This document shows, one piece after another, positions 46,062 to 55,397 of a DNA stretch of 64,000 bases. Every line of letters starts with the position of its first letter. The stretch's first letter is position 1. Made by a program: the position numbers and the translations under genes. The notes under the pieces were generated by a model. The model did not search any database, was not told where the DNA came from, and was given only the letters and a program-made list of their open reading frames with translations. This DNA is from a virus (Duplodnaviria > Caudoviricetes): the IMG/VR virus record IMGVR_UViG_3300020049_005939, positions 10,891-74,890 of that record, one strand, 5' to 3'.

Positions 46062-48158
46062 TTAATATTCTCTTACTGAAGGTCTAATATCGACTCCAGG
46101 AGGGGAAGTAAAGTTATAACGAATTAAGGTTCCGACTGTGTTTGGTATGACTCCCAATGGTAACCAACTTACTCCGTTGTTAGTAGAGTATTCAAAGTTT
46201 GCAGCATTTGACACTGTGTTATGATCAATTAACAACACATTAGTTAAATCGTATGCTCTAAAATAAATAGTTGGAACAACTGATGTATATAGACTTTTCA
46301 GTCTGAATGCGCATCTAGTCGGAGATCCTGAGTCGGAATTATCTTTAGAATATTCCCAATTATCCGATATTTCATTTAATGGTGTTACTTGAAGCATTAA
46401 TTGTCGAAGCTGTGCTGGGGTTGAGGCATCAAAATTAAAAATGTCAAACAGACATTTAATTTGCATTTGAGTTCCGCTAGAAAAAGCATTTGGACTTTCG
46501 TTTAGTCTTTCTGCGGTTGGAAAACTAGTCCATCCACCAGTAGCAGAACCAAATCCTGATGTTCTATAATAAAACTGTAGTGTTCCAGTTTTTTCAAATA
46601 ACGCTTCAATTGAAGATATTGCTTCTAGCCTTGCTGAATCTAATGTAAAAACTGGTGATATTACATACGAGTAATCAAATTCCGAGTCACTTCTAAAATC
46701 CATTACAAAAACTCCGCGTTGACCCACGGTGTTCCCGATTATAAACAACCACCCGAGTTGTTCTTCTAAGTTAGTAACAGACAACGCGTTAAAATTAACT
46801 GTTTCCATACTAGTACCTTCTAGGTACATATTAGAAACTCCGCCCGCTACTTGGCTAATTTGATTATTAACAAATTGTTTTGAAATTATAATACTTGTTG
46901 CGGTTTGAAATACATACCTATCAACAGTTTGAGAATATTGAAAATTAATATTTGAAGGTGAAACTATTTGATTGGAAGTTCCCAACAAATTCACTGTCTG
47001 AAGACTCGGCCAAGTAACAGCGGCAGCAGTTAATTCTGATACTCTTCCTGTGTAAAGTTGACTAGAGGTTGAAAAACAAATACAAGGAAACCCAGAATTA
47101 GCTCCACTTTGAGGGGTAGAATATTGTTCTGAATTAGTTTGTAATAATGTACCAACTAGAGCAGGTAGGTTTCCAGTTGTAACGTAAGTCATTGTGTTGG
47201 ATGCACCAAATGCGCGTCTTACAGTATGTACACCACTTTGAACACCAGTAGTCGTAATCGATGCTCCGCCGCTTGTTGCTGAAAGTTCAAACGTGTTTGC
47301 GGTGACGTTCCTAGCAAAATAAACAGTTTGAGTTACAGCGTTTGATGCTGTTAATCCTGTTGGTAAAGCGCCAGTGGTGTATAAAGCGATCGGATCGTTG
47401 TTAGAATAACCGTGAGCAGTTGCAGTAACGACACCAGGGGCGGCAATTGTTATTGTAAATGTTTGACCGGGGGCATCGGGGGAAGTAGAATAATCAAAAG
47501 TATGAAATTGATGCGTAGCTGCAACACCATTATGAAGATAAATTTTAGTGTTTGCTGTATCTAATGATAGTCCAGCAGCAACAGTCATTACGTGTGATAC
47601 ACCTTGTGCTGCTGGATTTTGAAGAAAATAAACAGCTTTTTGGTTAGATCCAGTTGCCATTGGTATAGTTGGGAACCCTACTGGAACAAAGTCAGTAGCG
47701 GACAAGCCGTTAATCATAAATACACCGCCATTGATCAACACGCTACCAGTAGTGGCAAGAAAAATTCTTATATTTGACGGGTTTGAATCGTCTACTTTAA
47801 ATCCTCTTATTGTGTGTGTGGTGGCCGCAGTATTTGGCATGTTGAAAAGAATTCTTCCAACGTGAGCGTATGCTCCAGTTGTAAGGTTAAATGTGTACAT
47901 GACAATAGTTCCAACGCCTGCTGAAATAGCTGTCGGAATAAACATCCTTCCGTTAGTGGTAACAGTTATGGGGCCAACGGGAACTGCCGTAGTAGGAGCT
48001 GTATCCGAAAAAACATCAATAAAACGGGTTAATTGAGGGCCTAAACCGTCCTCTCCAGACAATAAAGTTTTTTGAAAAGCTCTTCCACCTAAAGAAGTTT
48101 TAGTTTGATCATAGGTACCAGTGACATCGGCTAATAAATCTATATCTATATTTTTCAT
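46062..48158 (-). CDS. large beta-rich virion appendage protein
   Basis: 698 aa; ATAHGYSNNDPI module; Thr/Gly-rich. Confidence 0.6.
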   Translation of the reverse strand: MKNIDIDLLADVTGTYDQTKTSLGGRAFQKTLLSGEDGLGPQLTRFIDVFSDTAPTTAVPVGPITVTTNGRMFIPTAISAGVGTIVMYTFNLTTGAYAHVGRILFNMPNTAATTHTIRGFKVDDSNPSNIRIFLATTGSVLINGGVFMINGLSATDFVPVGFPTIPMATGSNQKAVYFLQNPAAQGVSHVMTVAAGLSLDTANTKIYLHNGVAATHQFHTFDYSTSPDAPGQTFTITIAAPGVVTATAHGYSNNDPIALYTTGALPTGLTASNAVTQTVYFARNVTANTFELSATSGGASITTTGVQSGVHTVRRAFGASNTMTYVTTGNLPALVGTLLQTNSEQYSTPQSGANSGFPCICFSTSSQLYTGRVSELTAAAVTWPSLQTVNLLGTSNQIVSPSNINFQYSQTVDRYVFQTATSIIISKQFVNNQISQVAGGVSNMYLEGTSMETVNFNALSVTNLEEQLGWLFIIGNTVGQRGVFVMDFRSDSEFDYSYVISPVFTLDSARLEAISSIEALFEKTGTLQFYYRTSGFGSATGGWTSFPTAERLNESPNAFSSGTQMQIKCLFDIFNFDASTPAQLRQLMLQVTPLNEISDNWEYSKDNSDSGSPTRCAFRLKSLYTSVVPTIYFRAYDLTNVLLIDHNTVSNAANFEYSTNNGVSWLPLGVIPNTVGTLIRYNFTSPPGVDIRPSVREY

Positions 48159-48159
48159 A

Positions 48160-48489
48160 TTAAGTTAAATCTTCTTCTGTGGCGTCTGGCTCTCTACAAT
48201 AATTATTTAAAATTAATTCTGGAGAAATACATATAAGTTCGTATAAATTAATTTCACGATTAAACATTTTAACAAAAATATTATTAGATTCAAAATGATG
48301 AACCTGAAAACTAGATCCCCATATAGGATCTTGTTGTATTTGATGATCTAAATCAACGAAATCATTGACATAAATTCTTCTAGGTAAACCATTTGCATCT
48401 CTAATACGCACCATTTGGGATGCATCTCTATCTAAATCTGAATTAGGAGAATAAATTCCATACTCTAATCCCTCTTCCATTTTACACAA
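48160..48489 (-). CDS. hypothetical protein
   Basis: 109-aa coupled ORF. Confidence 0.45.
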   Translation of the reverse strand: MCKMEEGLEYGIYSPNSDLDRDASQMVRIRDANGLPRRIYVNDFVDLDHQIQQDPIWGSSFQVHHFESNNIFVKMFNREINLYELICISPELILNNYCREPDATEEDLT

Positions 48490-49105
48490 TACTCCAATTA
48501 GTTGAATCTAATCGATATTGCGTACCAACTAACGTGTATGTAAAAATTTTTCTAGCCGTATTTCCTGAAATAGTTGCGCTGGTGTAATCTATTTGAGTTA
48601 TTCGTTCTTGCTTTGTACCAAAGTTTGCCCACGTAATGGCTTCTTGAACATCGTGAGTAGTTAAAATTTGTTGTTTTAAATTATTAACAAAAGCTCTTTT
48701 AACACCAGCAGTTAACCCATTTTCAGAACCAATATTTAAAACACTGGACGGTGTTGCTGTGGTCCCGTCAATGGTAACCGTAATAGGGCTAATGACATTT
48801 ACATCTAACCCTTGTTTACCAGAAACATTGGTAGATGTAATTAAATTAACACCGTCACCAATTCTAATACTGTCGTCAGTTTGAGAAATATCAATGAGTA
48901 CATCACTGATAATGTTAACATCTAATCCGTTTTTAGGACCAACGGTTGTTATAGTCGCATCGATAGACCCATCGGTGATTTTAACTTCACCAATTGAAGC
49001 AGTGACAGTAGCATCGACCCTCAATCTGTCGGTTGCTTCGTCGTAAGATTGAACTATAGCTTGGTTAGCACTTAATTGGCTGTATGGAGCATTAGGACCA
49101 GGCAT
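48482..49105 (-). CDS. structural protein
   Basis: Repeated GLDVN motif; late promoter and SD immediately upstream. Confidence 0.5.
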   Translation of the reverse strand: MPGPNAPYSQLSANQAIVQSYDEATDRLRVDATVTASIGEVKITDGSIDATITTVGPKNGLDVNIISDVLIDISQTDDSIRIGDGVNLITSTNVSGKQGLDVNVISPITVTIDGTTATPSSVLNIGSENGLTAGVKRAFVNNLKQQILTTHDVQEAITWANFGTKQERITQIDYTSATISGNTARKIFTYTLVGTQYRLDSTNWSIV

Positions 49106-49118
49106 TTTTTCTCCTATT

Positions 49119-49129
49119 TAAGTTGTTAA
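49119..49129 (-). promoter_or_regulatory. late promoter motif TTAACAACTTA
   Basis: Between portal stop and next gene; directly followed by AATAGGAG. Confidence 0.6.
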
Positions 49130-49148
49130 ATTAGGATTTTATTTAATA

Positions 49149-51245
49149 TTATCTCTGTCTTACATTACCCATAGCAGATGCTTGTAGTTCAGGGTTAGCT
49201 AACATCGAAGCATCCACCTGGGGTATGTTTGGAAGTCTTTGACTTTCAACTCCCGGACCCTGCATTTGGTCTGGGTTTGCGATAATTCCATTAGGTTGAG
49301 CCATCATCTCAGCATTTTGGCTATTTTGTTGGGATTGCTGAGAAGGCGCGCCTTGTGGACCCCCTTGTGGAGCGCCAGGTTGACCCTGTGGAGCGCCTTG
49401 TTGCTGCTGTTGACCCTGTAGGGGTTGTTCACCGAGCATTCCTAGAAGCTCAGGATCGGTGTTTCTTAAGTAATCAATGTGTTGTTGAATATGGTTAAGA
49501 ACATTTTTAACAAGTTCAGGGTTTTTTCTTAGATCTGGATCAGCTATGACGCCTTTGTGTTCGATAATATGCTGTTTATGAGAGTCAATAAGGGCAGCTT
49601 GAACTGCTTCACCCTCTAACAGCTGCTCATTTTCCGATTTAATCAATAGAAGGTCAGAAGTATCTCCTTCAAACATAGCGTCTAATCTTCCTGTGTTCAA
49701 TACTTGAAGATATTGCTGAGGATTTTTAATTAGATTCATTTGTAGGAGCTGTTCGGCCATCTGAACACGTCCCGCTGTACTTCTCGCTAAGGGGTTCCCC
49801 ATGTCAACTACAACACGGTTAATGGCAGAGATCTTATCTCCGGTAAACTCTTTTAAAAGAGGTCGATTATGTTTACCGACCAACGCGATAACCTTAGGAG
49901 TCATTGCATAGTCTTTAAGAATGTTAATAACGCCAGTCCCACAGTCTTCGATAAGCTTTACATAGCTTTGTTGTAGACCAGACATGAACTGGAGGGCTTG
50001 AGACTGAACAAGAGCTAGAGCTGCGCCGGATTTCAATGAAGCTTCTGGATTTCCTCTAGCCACAGAGTTAACTCCAGAGATAGTTTCAGCGGATTGAATC
50101 AATACTTCTAGGAATTTGAATACCTCAGCAGGGGTTTGAGCCAACTGTAGAGGTTCAGGCTTAACATTACCTTCAATAATGTTCATTCCTTCGGATAATT
50201 GAGAAATAGCAATGTCTGCATTCTTAGGAACGAAGAGACTTTGAACACCAAAGGCATTTTGGTTAGTCATGATGGTACTATAAAGAGCATTAATACACTC
50301 TTGGATAGGGAACACGTCAAACATTGGGCTATAACCATAGGGAGTTCCCATGATATCGCTAGGAGCAATACGATAAATTGGAATTCCTCTATACGGAAGC
50401 TTAGTGTCGATTAAGTTTGTTCCAGAATCGACGAATAACATGTACCGACCTTCAGGCATGGCGTCAGTTCTTTTGTGATAGAACTCGAAAACAGCAACAT
50501 CATCAGTATCGTCATTAGAAAAGTTAGACAATCTATAAACAGAGCTGACGTTTTTAGGTGGAATTGCTCTAATTGCACTTTCGTGCTCGGGATACTTCGC
50601 GATTAGATCAAATCGGTTTTTAAAGCTTCTAACTAGCATCCATTCATGGTTCCAAGACTCTTTAGTGCCATCAACAACCACATCGTATGGAGATAAATTA
50701 GAGAATTCAACTTCCCCTTCTTTAATTACTTCACCAGTTTCATCATCAATGTCGTATTCGTCGCCAGCGGTGGCGTTCCACTCCATTTTAATAAACCCAG
50801 CGCCAAGAACAATCGACATTTCACAAGCAGCTTTGATAGAAGCTTCTAGTCCCTTCTCACGCATGTAATAATCAAGGATGCCGTTAGCTAAATATGTCTG
50901 AGCATACGATTTATAATCAGTATTAATGGCTCTTGCCTCCATTACAGGACGATTAGCTGTAATCATCACATAAATGTGTTGCGCTAAGTTCCTAAAATGA
51001 TTGACAGGAAAGGATACTAACTCTCCTTCTTCACCTGTGTAACCAACTGAGTGACCATATCCGGCGTCACCAGCGTAGTCACCGTGGTAAGCTCTCCACA
51101 TTCTGCTAAGTTTTTCTAGATAGTGATTAGCTTCCATAAGATTGTAGAAGCTTTTAGACTTATCTAATAAAACTGCTGCGGTTTTATTTGGGTCTTCATA
51201 TGAAGCAAAGTATTGCTTAGATTGAGCCGGGGTGCTGTACTGCAT
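49149..51245 (-). CDS. portal protein
   Basis: Directly after terminase; 698 aa; Gln/Pro-rich C-terminal tail; P22-like architecture. Confidence 0.8.
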   Translation of the reverse strand: MQYSTPAQSKQYFASYEDPNKTAAVLLDKSKSFYNLMEANHYLEKLSRMWRAYHGDYAGDAGYGHSVGYTGEEGELVSFPVNHFRNLAQHIYVMITANRPVMEARAINTDYKSYAQTYLANGILDYYMREKGLEASIKAACEMSIVLGAGFIKMEWNATAGDEYDIDDETGEVIKEGEVEFSNLSPYDVVVDGTKESWNHEWMLVRSFKNRFDLIAKYPEHESAIRAIPPKNVSSVYRLSNFSNDDTDDVAVFEFYHKRTDAMPEGRYMLFVDSGTNLIDTKLPYRGIPIYRIAPSDIMGTPYGYSPMFDVFPIQECINALYSTIMTNQNAFGVQSLFVPKNADIAISQLSEGMNIIEGNVKPEPLQLAQTPAEVFKFLEVLIQSAETISGVNSVARGNPEASLKSGAALALVQSQALQFMSGLQQSYVKLIEDCGTGVINILKDYAMTPKVIALVGKHNRPLLKEFTGDKISAINRVVVDMGNPLARSTAGRVQMAEQLLQMNLIKNPQQYLQVLNTGRLDAMFEGDTSDLLLIKSENEQLLEGEAVQAALIDSHKQHIIEHKGVIADPDLRKNPELVKNVLNHIQQHIDYLRNTDPELLGMLGEQPLQGQQQQQGAPQGQPGAPQGGPQGAPSQQSQQNSQNAEMMAQPNGIIANPDQMQGPGVESQRLPNIPQVDASMLANPELQASAMGNVRQR

Positions 51246-51246
51246 A

Positions 51247-52698
51247 TTATTTTCTTTTCCTTATATTGAAAATTTTATTATAAATTTCAACAGAATTTTC
51301 GCCTACTCGGTTAAAGGCATCTTTATTACGAACGTATAAATCTTGTTTATTGTACCCGTACATGGCTGGGTAAGGGTTTTTTTTAAACTGAACTTGTCTA
51401 ATTAGGTATTTACCCGCATCTAAAGCATCGTAATGCCCATCATCAGGGGAACGCATGAGCTTCCCGCTCTTTCTATCGCGTTTACCGTTCTTTAAATGTC
51501 GGATGAAGGTTTCACAACGAGGGTTTATAATGATTTTTTGATTTGAAAGCTTTACTCTAAAGTCGTTGAAGGCGGCATCATTGTCGTCTTTCTTAGCCGC
51601 ATCAAAAAAGAGTCGGCCATCAGACACTCTCTGTAATTCAGAGGTTACAATGTAGTTAATGTCACTTACCCTATTTGGGGTTCTTAGTTCACCTGTCAAA
51701 ACATTAGTCCAAAGGTCTGCTTCTTTTTTAAGAATGTCTGCTGCTAGATTAGGAAGCTTTAAATCGATTCCTTTTACAACAATTTCATCTTCAATAACTA
51801 CTTTATCAGATCTAAAATCGTAATATCCAAATAAAACAACGGTAAGATCCTTATATCCAAGATCCATAGAAACATACGAATCAAAATGAGGAGGTTTTGG
51901 CCAATCTTTTACAATTAGTTTCTGTAAATCTTCATTAAATTCTGGAAAGACTACACTTTCTTCATCTCTAATAACTTCACAGAGATATTCACGTCGAAAT
52001 TTAGGTGCTGTTACCCCACCCATCTCACGGATAATACGATCTACTTGTTCTTTACTTAAAAGAGGATTATCAAAGATAGTTTTTTTAGTTAAAGTTCCAT
52101 TAAGATCAGCTTCTTCAATAAATTTATTAAAATCGTGATCGGGATCGGAATGCGGGGTAGAAGCTAAAACAATTTTACCATTAGTGTGAGTAGTAGTTGG
52201 TAATAAAACTGATTTAACAACGTCTTCAAGCTTATCACAGAAACCTGCTTCATCTACCAGCACTAAGTGAGACTTCTGACCCCTTAGACGCTCGTAGTGC
52301 CCGCCATCTGATCCGGCTAATTGAATCTGACTACCATTACTGAAGTAATAAGTAAACTTACTTTCATTGTATTTTGGTTTTAAGTCATCAGGACAGTCAG
52401 CCATTACTTCATCAAAGAGTTTTTCAAAGATTGAACGAACGTGAAGCTTAGTATCAGTCATTAATTTAATAATACTGTCTGGGTGACGGATAGCTTGTTC
52501 TAAAGCTAGGATAGAAAGTAAGTAGGACTTGCCTGTCTGGCGAGCTAGGAGCCAAACTAACGTGCTATTCCCAGGAGATGAATAAAATAAATCATACATC
52601 TCTGCTTGAACTTTATGGCATTTGAATTTAAGAATTCCTCGTCGCCACAGTTCAGCAATAGCTTGTTCTTTATTTATTTTTAGTGTCTGGGTTTTCAT
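51247..52698 (-). CDS. terL: terminase large subunit
   Basis: ARQTGKS Walker A, LRG..VDEAGF Walker B, SMDLG and D..DA nuclease acidic residues. Confidence 0.92.
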   Translation of the reverse strand: MKTQTLKINKEQAIAELWRRGILKFKCHKVQAEMYDLFYSSPGNSTLVWLLARQTGKSYLLSILALEQAIRHPDSIIKLMTDTKLHVRSIFEKLFDEVMADCPDDLKPKYNESKFTYYFSNGSQIQLAGSDGGHYERLRGQKSHLVLVDEAGFCDKLEDVVKSVLLPTTTHTNGKIVLASTPHSDPDHDFNKFIEEADLNGTLTKKTIFDNPLLSKEQVDRIIREMGGVTAPKFRREYLCEVIRDEESVVFPEFNEDLQKLIVKDWPKPPHFDSYVSMDLGYKDLTVVLFGYYDFRSDKVVIEDEIVVKGIDLKLPNLAADILKKEADLWTNVLTGELRTPNRVSDINYIVTSELQRVSDGRLFFDAAKKDDNDAAFNDFRVKLSNQKIIINPRCETFIRHLKNGKRDRKSGKLMRSPDDGHYDALDAGKYLIRQVQFKKNPYPAMYGYNKQDLYVRNKDAFNRVGENSVEIYNKIFNIRKRK

Positions 52699-53098
52699 TA
52701 GTTAGAGCCAACAACTCGACATCTGATAGTTTTTGAGCTTCAACTCTAATAGTTTTAGGTTTATTTTGAAGCTGTAATAGAATTTTAGAGTAAATTTCAA
52801 CTTTCCTTGATTCTTCTAAGGTCAATTCGCGTTCAATTGAAACATCGCGCAACTTTTGTAGTTGCATTCGACAAATTGACTCTTCATCTGAAGATAAGAA
52901 CATTTCAGTTAAAGGTTCTGACTGTTCTTTAACCAATAAAGGAGAAGTTTTGGATAATAGATCTTCTAAATGTTTATTTTTTGTCTCTAAAGACACTAAT
53001 TGTTTACTAATAGACAATATAGTAGCTTGTTGTGCAGTGCAAAACTCTAAAAGAGCAGCGTAGTCAGCAAAGTCTTTACTAATTTCATTAATATTCAT
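52670..53098 (-). CDS. possible terminase small subunit
   Basis: Helical 142-aa ORF overlapping the terL start; position only. Confidence 0.35.
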   Translation of the reverse strand: MNINEISKDFADYAALLEFCTAQQATILSISKQLVSLETKNKHLEDLLSKTSPLLVKEQSEPLTEMFLSSDEESICRMQLQKLRDVSIERELTLEESRKVEIYSKILLQLQNKPKTIRVEAQKLSDVELLALTNENPDTKNK

Positions 53099-53100
53099 AA

Positions 53101-53337
53101 TTAAGAGAAAACCGATTTTAGTTTTTTCAACATTTTTTGTTCTAATCGAATAGATCTGATTAGTTTTTCAAGTTCATCAGTTTTTTTGTGATGAAAAGTT
53201 ATTGGTTCTCCTCTAAAAAGAAGAGTTAAATAAATTAATTTTTTAGTTATCTTGCTTCTAACTAAAGTTTTAGAATTAATATCTTCATCTTTAATTAAAG
53301 GAATTTTTAACCAAGGGGTTAGATCAAAAGTTCCCAT
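53101..53337 (-). CDS. small protein with shared C-terminal helix
   Basis: Ends IRLEQKMLKKLKSVFS. Confidence 0.55.
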   Translation of the reverse strand: MGTFDLTPWLKIPLIKDEDINSKTLVRSKITKKLIYLTLLFRGEPITFHHKKTDELEKLIRSIRLEQKMLKKLKSVFS

Positions 53338-53618
53338 TATTTAGCTACTCTGAAAGATTGTCCTAGCTTAATAGCTCCAATTGAACCTTTTAGAGCATCT
53401 AATTCTTCAAATCTTTTTTGAATGTCGGTATTTTGAAGATCAATTTTATCTTTAAGTTGTTTAAGTTCTTGATTTTCTTCAATTTTTAACATTCGATAGC
53501 TAAGAACGGATAGACAAACCAAAGCGGAAACATCTATAACTGATGATTCTTTAAGGAGAATTTTTAAAGCGAATGCCAATAGAATGCTCAGCGGAAGAAA
53601 TTTTACTAATTTTTCCAT
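53337..53618 (-). CDS. two-TM coiled-coil membrane protein
   Basis: Two N-terminal hydrophobic segments and a charged coiled coil. Confidence 0.5.
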   Translation of the reverse strand: MEKLVKFLPLSILLAFALKILLKESSVIDVSALVCLSVLSYRMLKIEENQELKQLKDKIDLQNTDIQKRFEELDALKGSIGAIKLGQSFRVAK

Positions 53619-53715
53619 ATTAACCTCTTTTAAAATGTAAAGCCGTTAACGTAAGCCACTTTATTTATGTATTGCCTTAAAAAAGGCTGTTGGCATTGTA
53701 AAAACCGCTATAAGA

Positions 53716-53744
53716 TAAGTTGTTAAATCGAAATTAACAACTAT
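53716..53744. promoter_or_regulatory. back-to-back late promoter motifs (53716-53726 on -, 53734-53744 on +)
   Basis: AGTTGTTAA-N7-TTAACAACT inverted repeat between the divergent terminase operon and endolysin. Confidence 0.65.
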
Positions 53745-53750
53745 AAGTAT

Positions 53751-54185
53751 ATGAAACAAGATGATAAATTTTACTACTGGGATAAAAAAGAGATTGTTTA
53801 TTTATCTAAACACTTCAGAACTAAAGAGTTTACATGTAGTTGTAAATATCCAGATTGCAAGGATCAGAAGATTTCTAAAGAATTAGTGGATAAACTTGAG
53901 TTTGTGCGCGAAGGAATCAATACAGCAATTGAAATCACTTCAGGGTACCGTTGCGCTAAGCATCAAAAAGATCTTCAGGAGAGCGGTTTACAGACTGCTA
54001 AAGGGCAATCTTCGCATGAGCTAGGAATTGCCGCAGACATAAGAGCACCATCGTTAAGAGTAGTGGAGTTACTACCATTTCTTGACCATAGTTTTGATAA
54101 TGTTGGAATTGCTGCCAGGTTTGCTCATGTTGACATGCGACCAAAAAAACCAGATGGCTCTAAACGTCGCTGGTATTATAAGTAA
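53751..54185 (+). CDS. endolysin, peptidase M15A-type
   Basis: HF...EF.C.C, ITSGYRC, SSH..G.AADI, F.HVD.R. Confidence 0.9.
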   Translation: MKQDDKFYYWDKKEIVYLSKHFRTKEFTCSCKYPDCKDQKISKELVDKLEFVREGINTAIEITSGYRCAKHQKDLQESGLQTAKGQSSHELGIAADIRAPSLRVVELLPFLDHSFDNVGIAARFAHVDMRPKKPDGSKRRWYYK

Positions 54186-54191
54186 CCCGCA

Positions 54192-54602
54192 TTAGCGCCG
54201 CGCCCTTTTCGATTTACTCGAAATACAACGAACCGAAACCCAGCCGTTGAAACGGTCAAAAACAAAGTCTCCACCGCGCCCATCGAAGATGTAGGCGTAA
54301 TAGGAGTAGTCGGGGTGAACTGACGAAGACCAGAACCACTTATTATTAAAATTAGGTAATACAAATCTAATTTCATGCTTCTCTGCTTCTTCCCATTCTT
54401 CTTTAGTAGGCAATCGTTTATCATCAGTGTTAAATAGTTCAATAGCTTTATAATGATCCATTGACTTGTCTTCGACATCATACCAAACTAGTCCAGTCTT
54501 CATATCCATCCACTTTTCTTTATTACCGTCATAGTACTCAATAAATTTCCATTGGTGACCGGAGACAGACTGAACTAATGTGTTAGGTTCTAGTTTAATC
54601 AT
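54192..54602 (-). CDS. Lcl/DUF1566-like protein, copy 3, with DGR-like variable region
   Basis: Same scaffold as copies 1 and 2; tail SVRCISSKSKRARR identical to copy 1. Confidence 0.8.
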   Translation of the reverse strand: MIKLEPNTLVQSVSGHQWKFIEYYDGNKEKWMDMKTGLVWYDVEDKSMDHYKAIELFNTDDKRLPTKEEWEEAEKHEIRFVLPNFNNKWFWSSSVHPDYSYYAYIFDGRGGDFVFDRFNGWVSVRCISSKSKRARR

Positions 54603-55174
54603 TGAACATTCTCTTTAACTTAGTTTCTAATTTCTTTTTAGATTGAATTTTCCTGTAATTAGAAATATCTACCCAATACATAGCATTGGTTGGATCTGCC
54701 CATCTAATAGATTCTTCTTTACTTAAAAAGAAACATTCTTTGCCGGGGGTTGGTTTGTTCCAATATTCATAGTATAAAGAATGATTTTGACCAAATAGAT
54801 CGTCTTTTTTATACCCGTAACAAACTACAACATTACCAACTGCATATATTTTATGTCCACAATGATAAAAGAATTTAATCATTAAAGCTATCCCTTAGCT
54901 TATTTTCTAATCTCCACTTTTTAATTAACTCAATAGCTTCTTCTCTAGAAATTCTATTGTTCTCTATAGAAGTAATCCATCTTTCGCCCAAATCGTTATC
55001 CCATCTTCTGTACGTGGCACAATCACCTGGATTTGTACTAAACAATGGGTGGAAATCGATAAACACAGTAATCATATCCTTATTATTTGGTCCGTATACC
55101 GGAACTAAAGACGACGCGGCCAGTACATACTCAACAAATCCAACTTTAATTCTTGGATAAGGAGATTTACTCAC
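54595..55174 (-). CDS. two small proteins with shared C-terminal helix (54595-54882; 54875-55174, GTG start)
   Basis: End KLETKLKRMFND and ISREEAIELIKKWRLENKLRDSFND. Confidence 0.7.
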
Positions 55175-55397
55175 TGTCTTCCCAGTCGAAAACAACCATT
55201 CCATTAAAAATGCTATCAGGATTGGCAGCCTTATAACGATAAGGTTCAGGTAACATGCCCATCTCCTCGGCTTCATGTAAAAGTGACGCAGCTATGTAGT
55301 CCATGGGTGGATAAATTACTTCATTAGTAAGCGGATCTACTGAGGATATTTGCTCAAGTCTTTTAACTAATCTATCAATCATCTCACTTTTTTTCAT
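55167..55397 (-). CDS. hypothetical protein
   Basis: MKKSEMI...GMLP...W small-phage-protein pattern. Confidence 0.5.
   Translation of the reverse strand: MKKSEMIDRLVKRLEQISSVDPLTNEVIYPPMDYIAASLLHEAEEMGMLPEPYRYKAANPDSIFNGMVVFDWEDSE

Noticed and set aside
55175-55276. Long N-terminus of ORF 54875-55276
   Set aside because: Overlaps gene 55167-55397 out of frame; GTG 55174 gives the usual 8-nt coupling.
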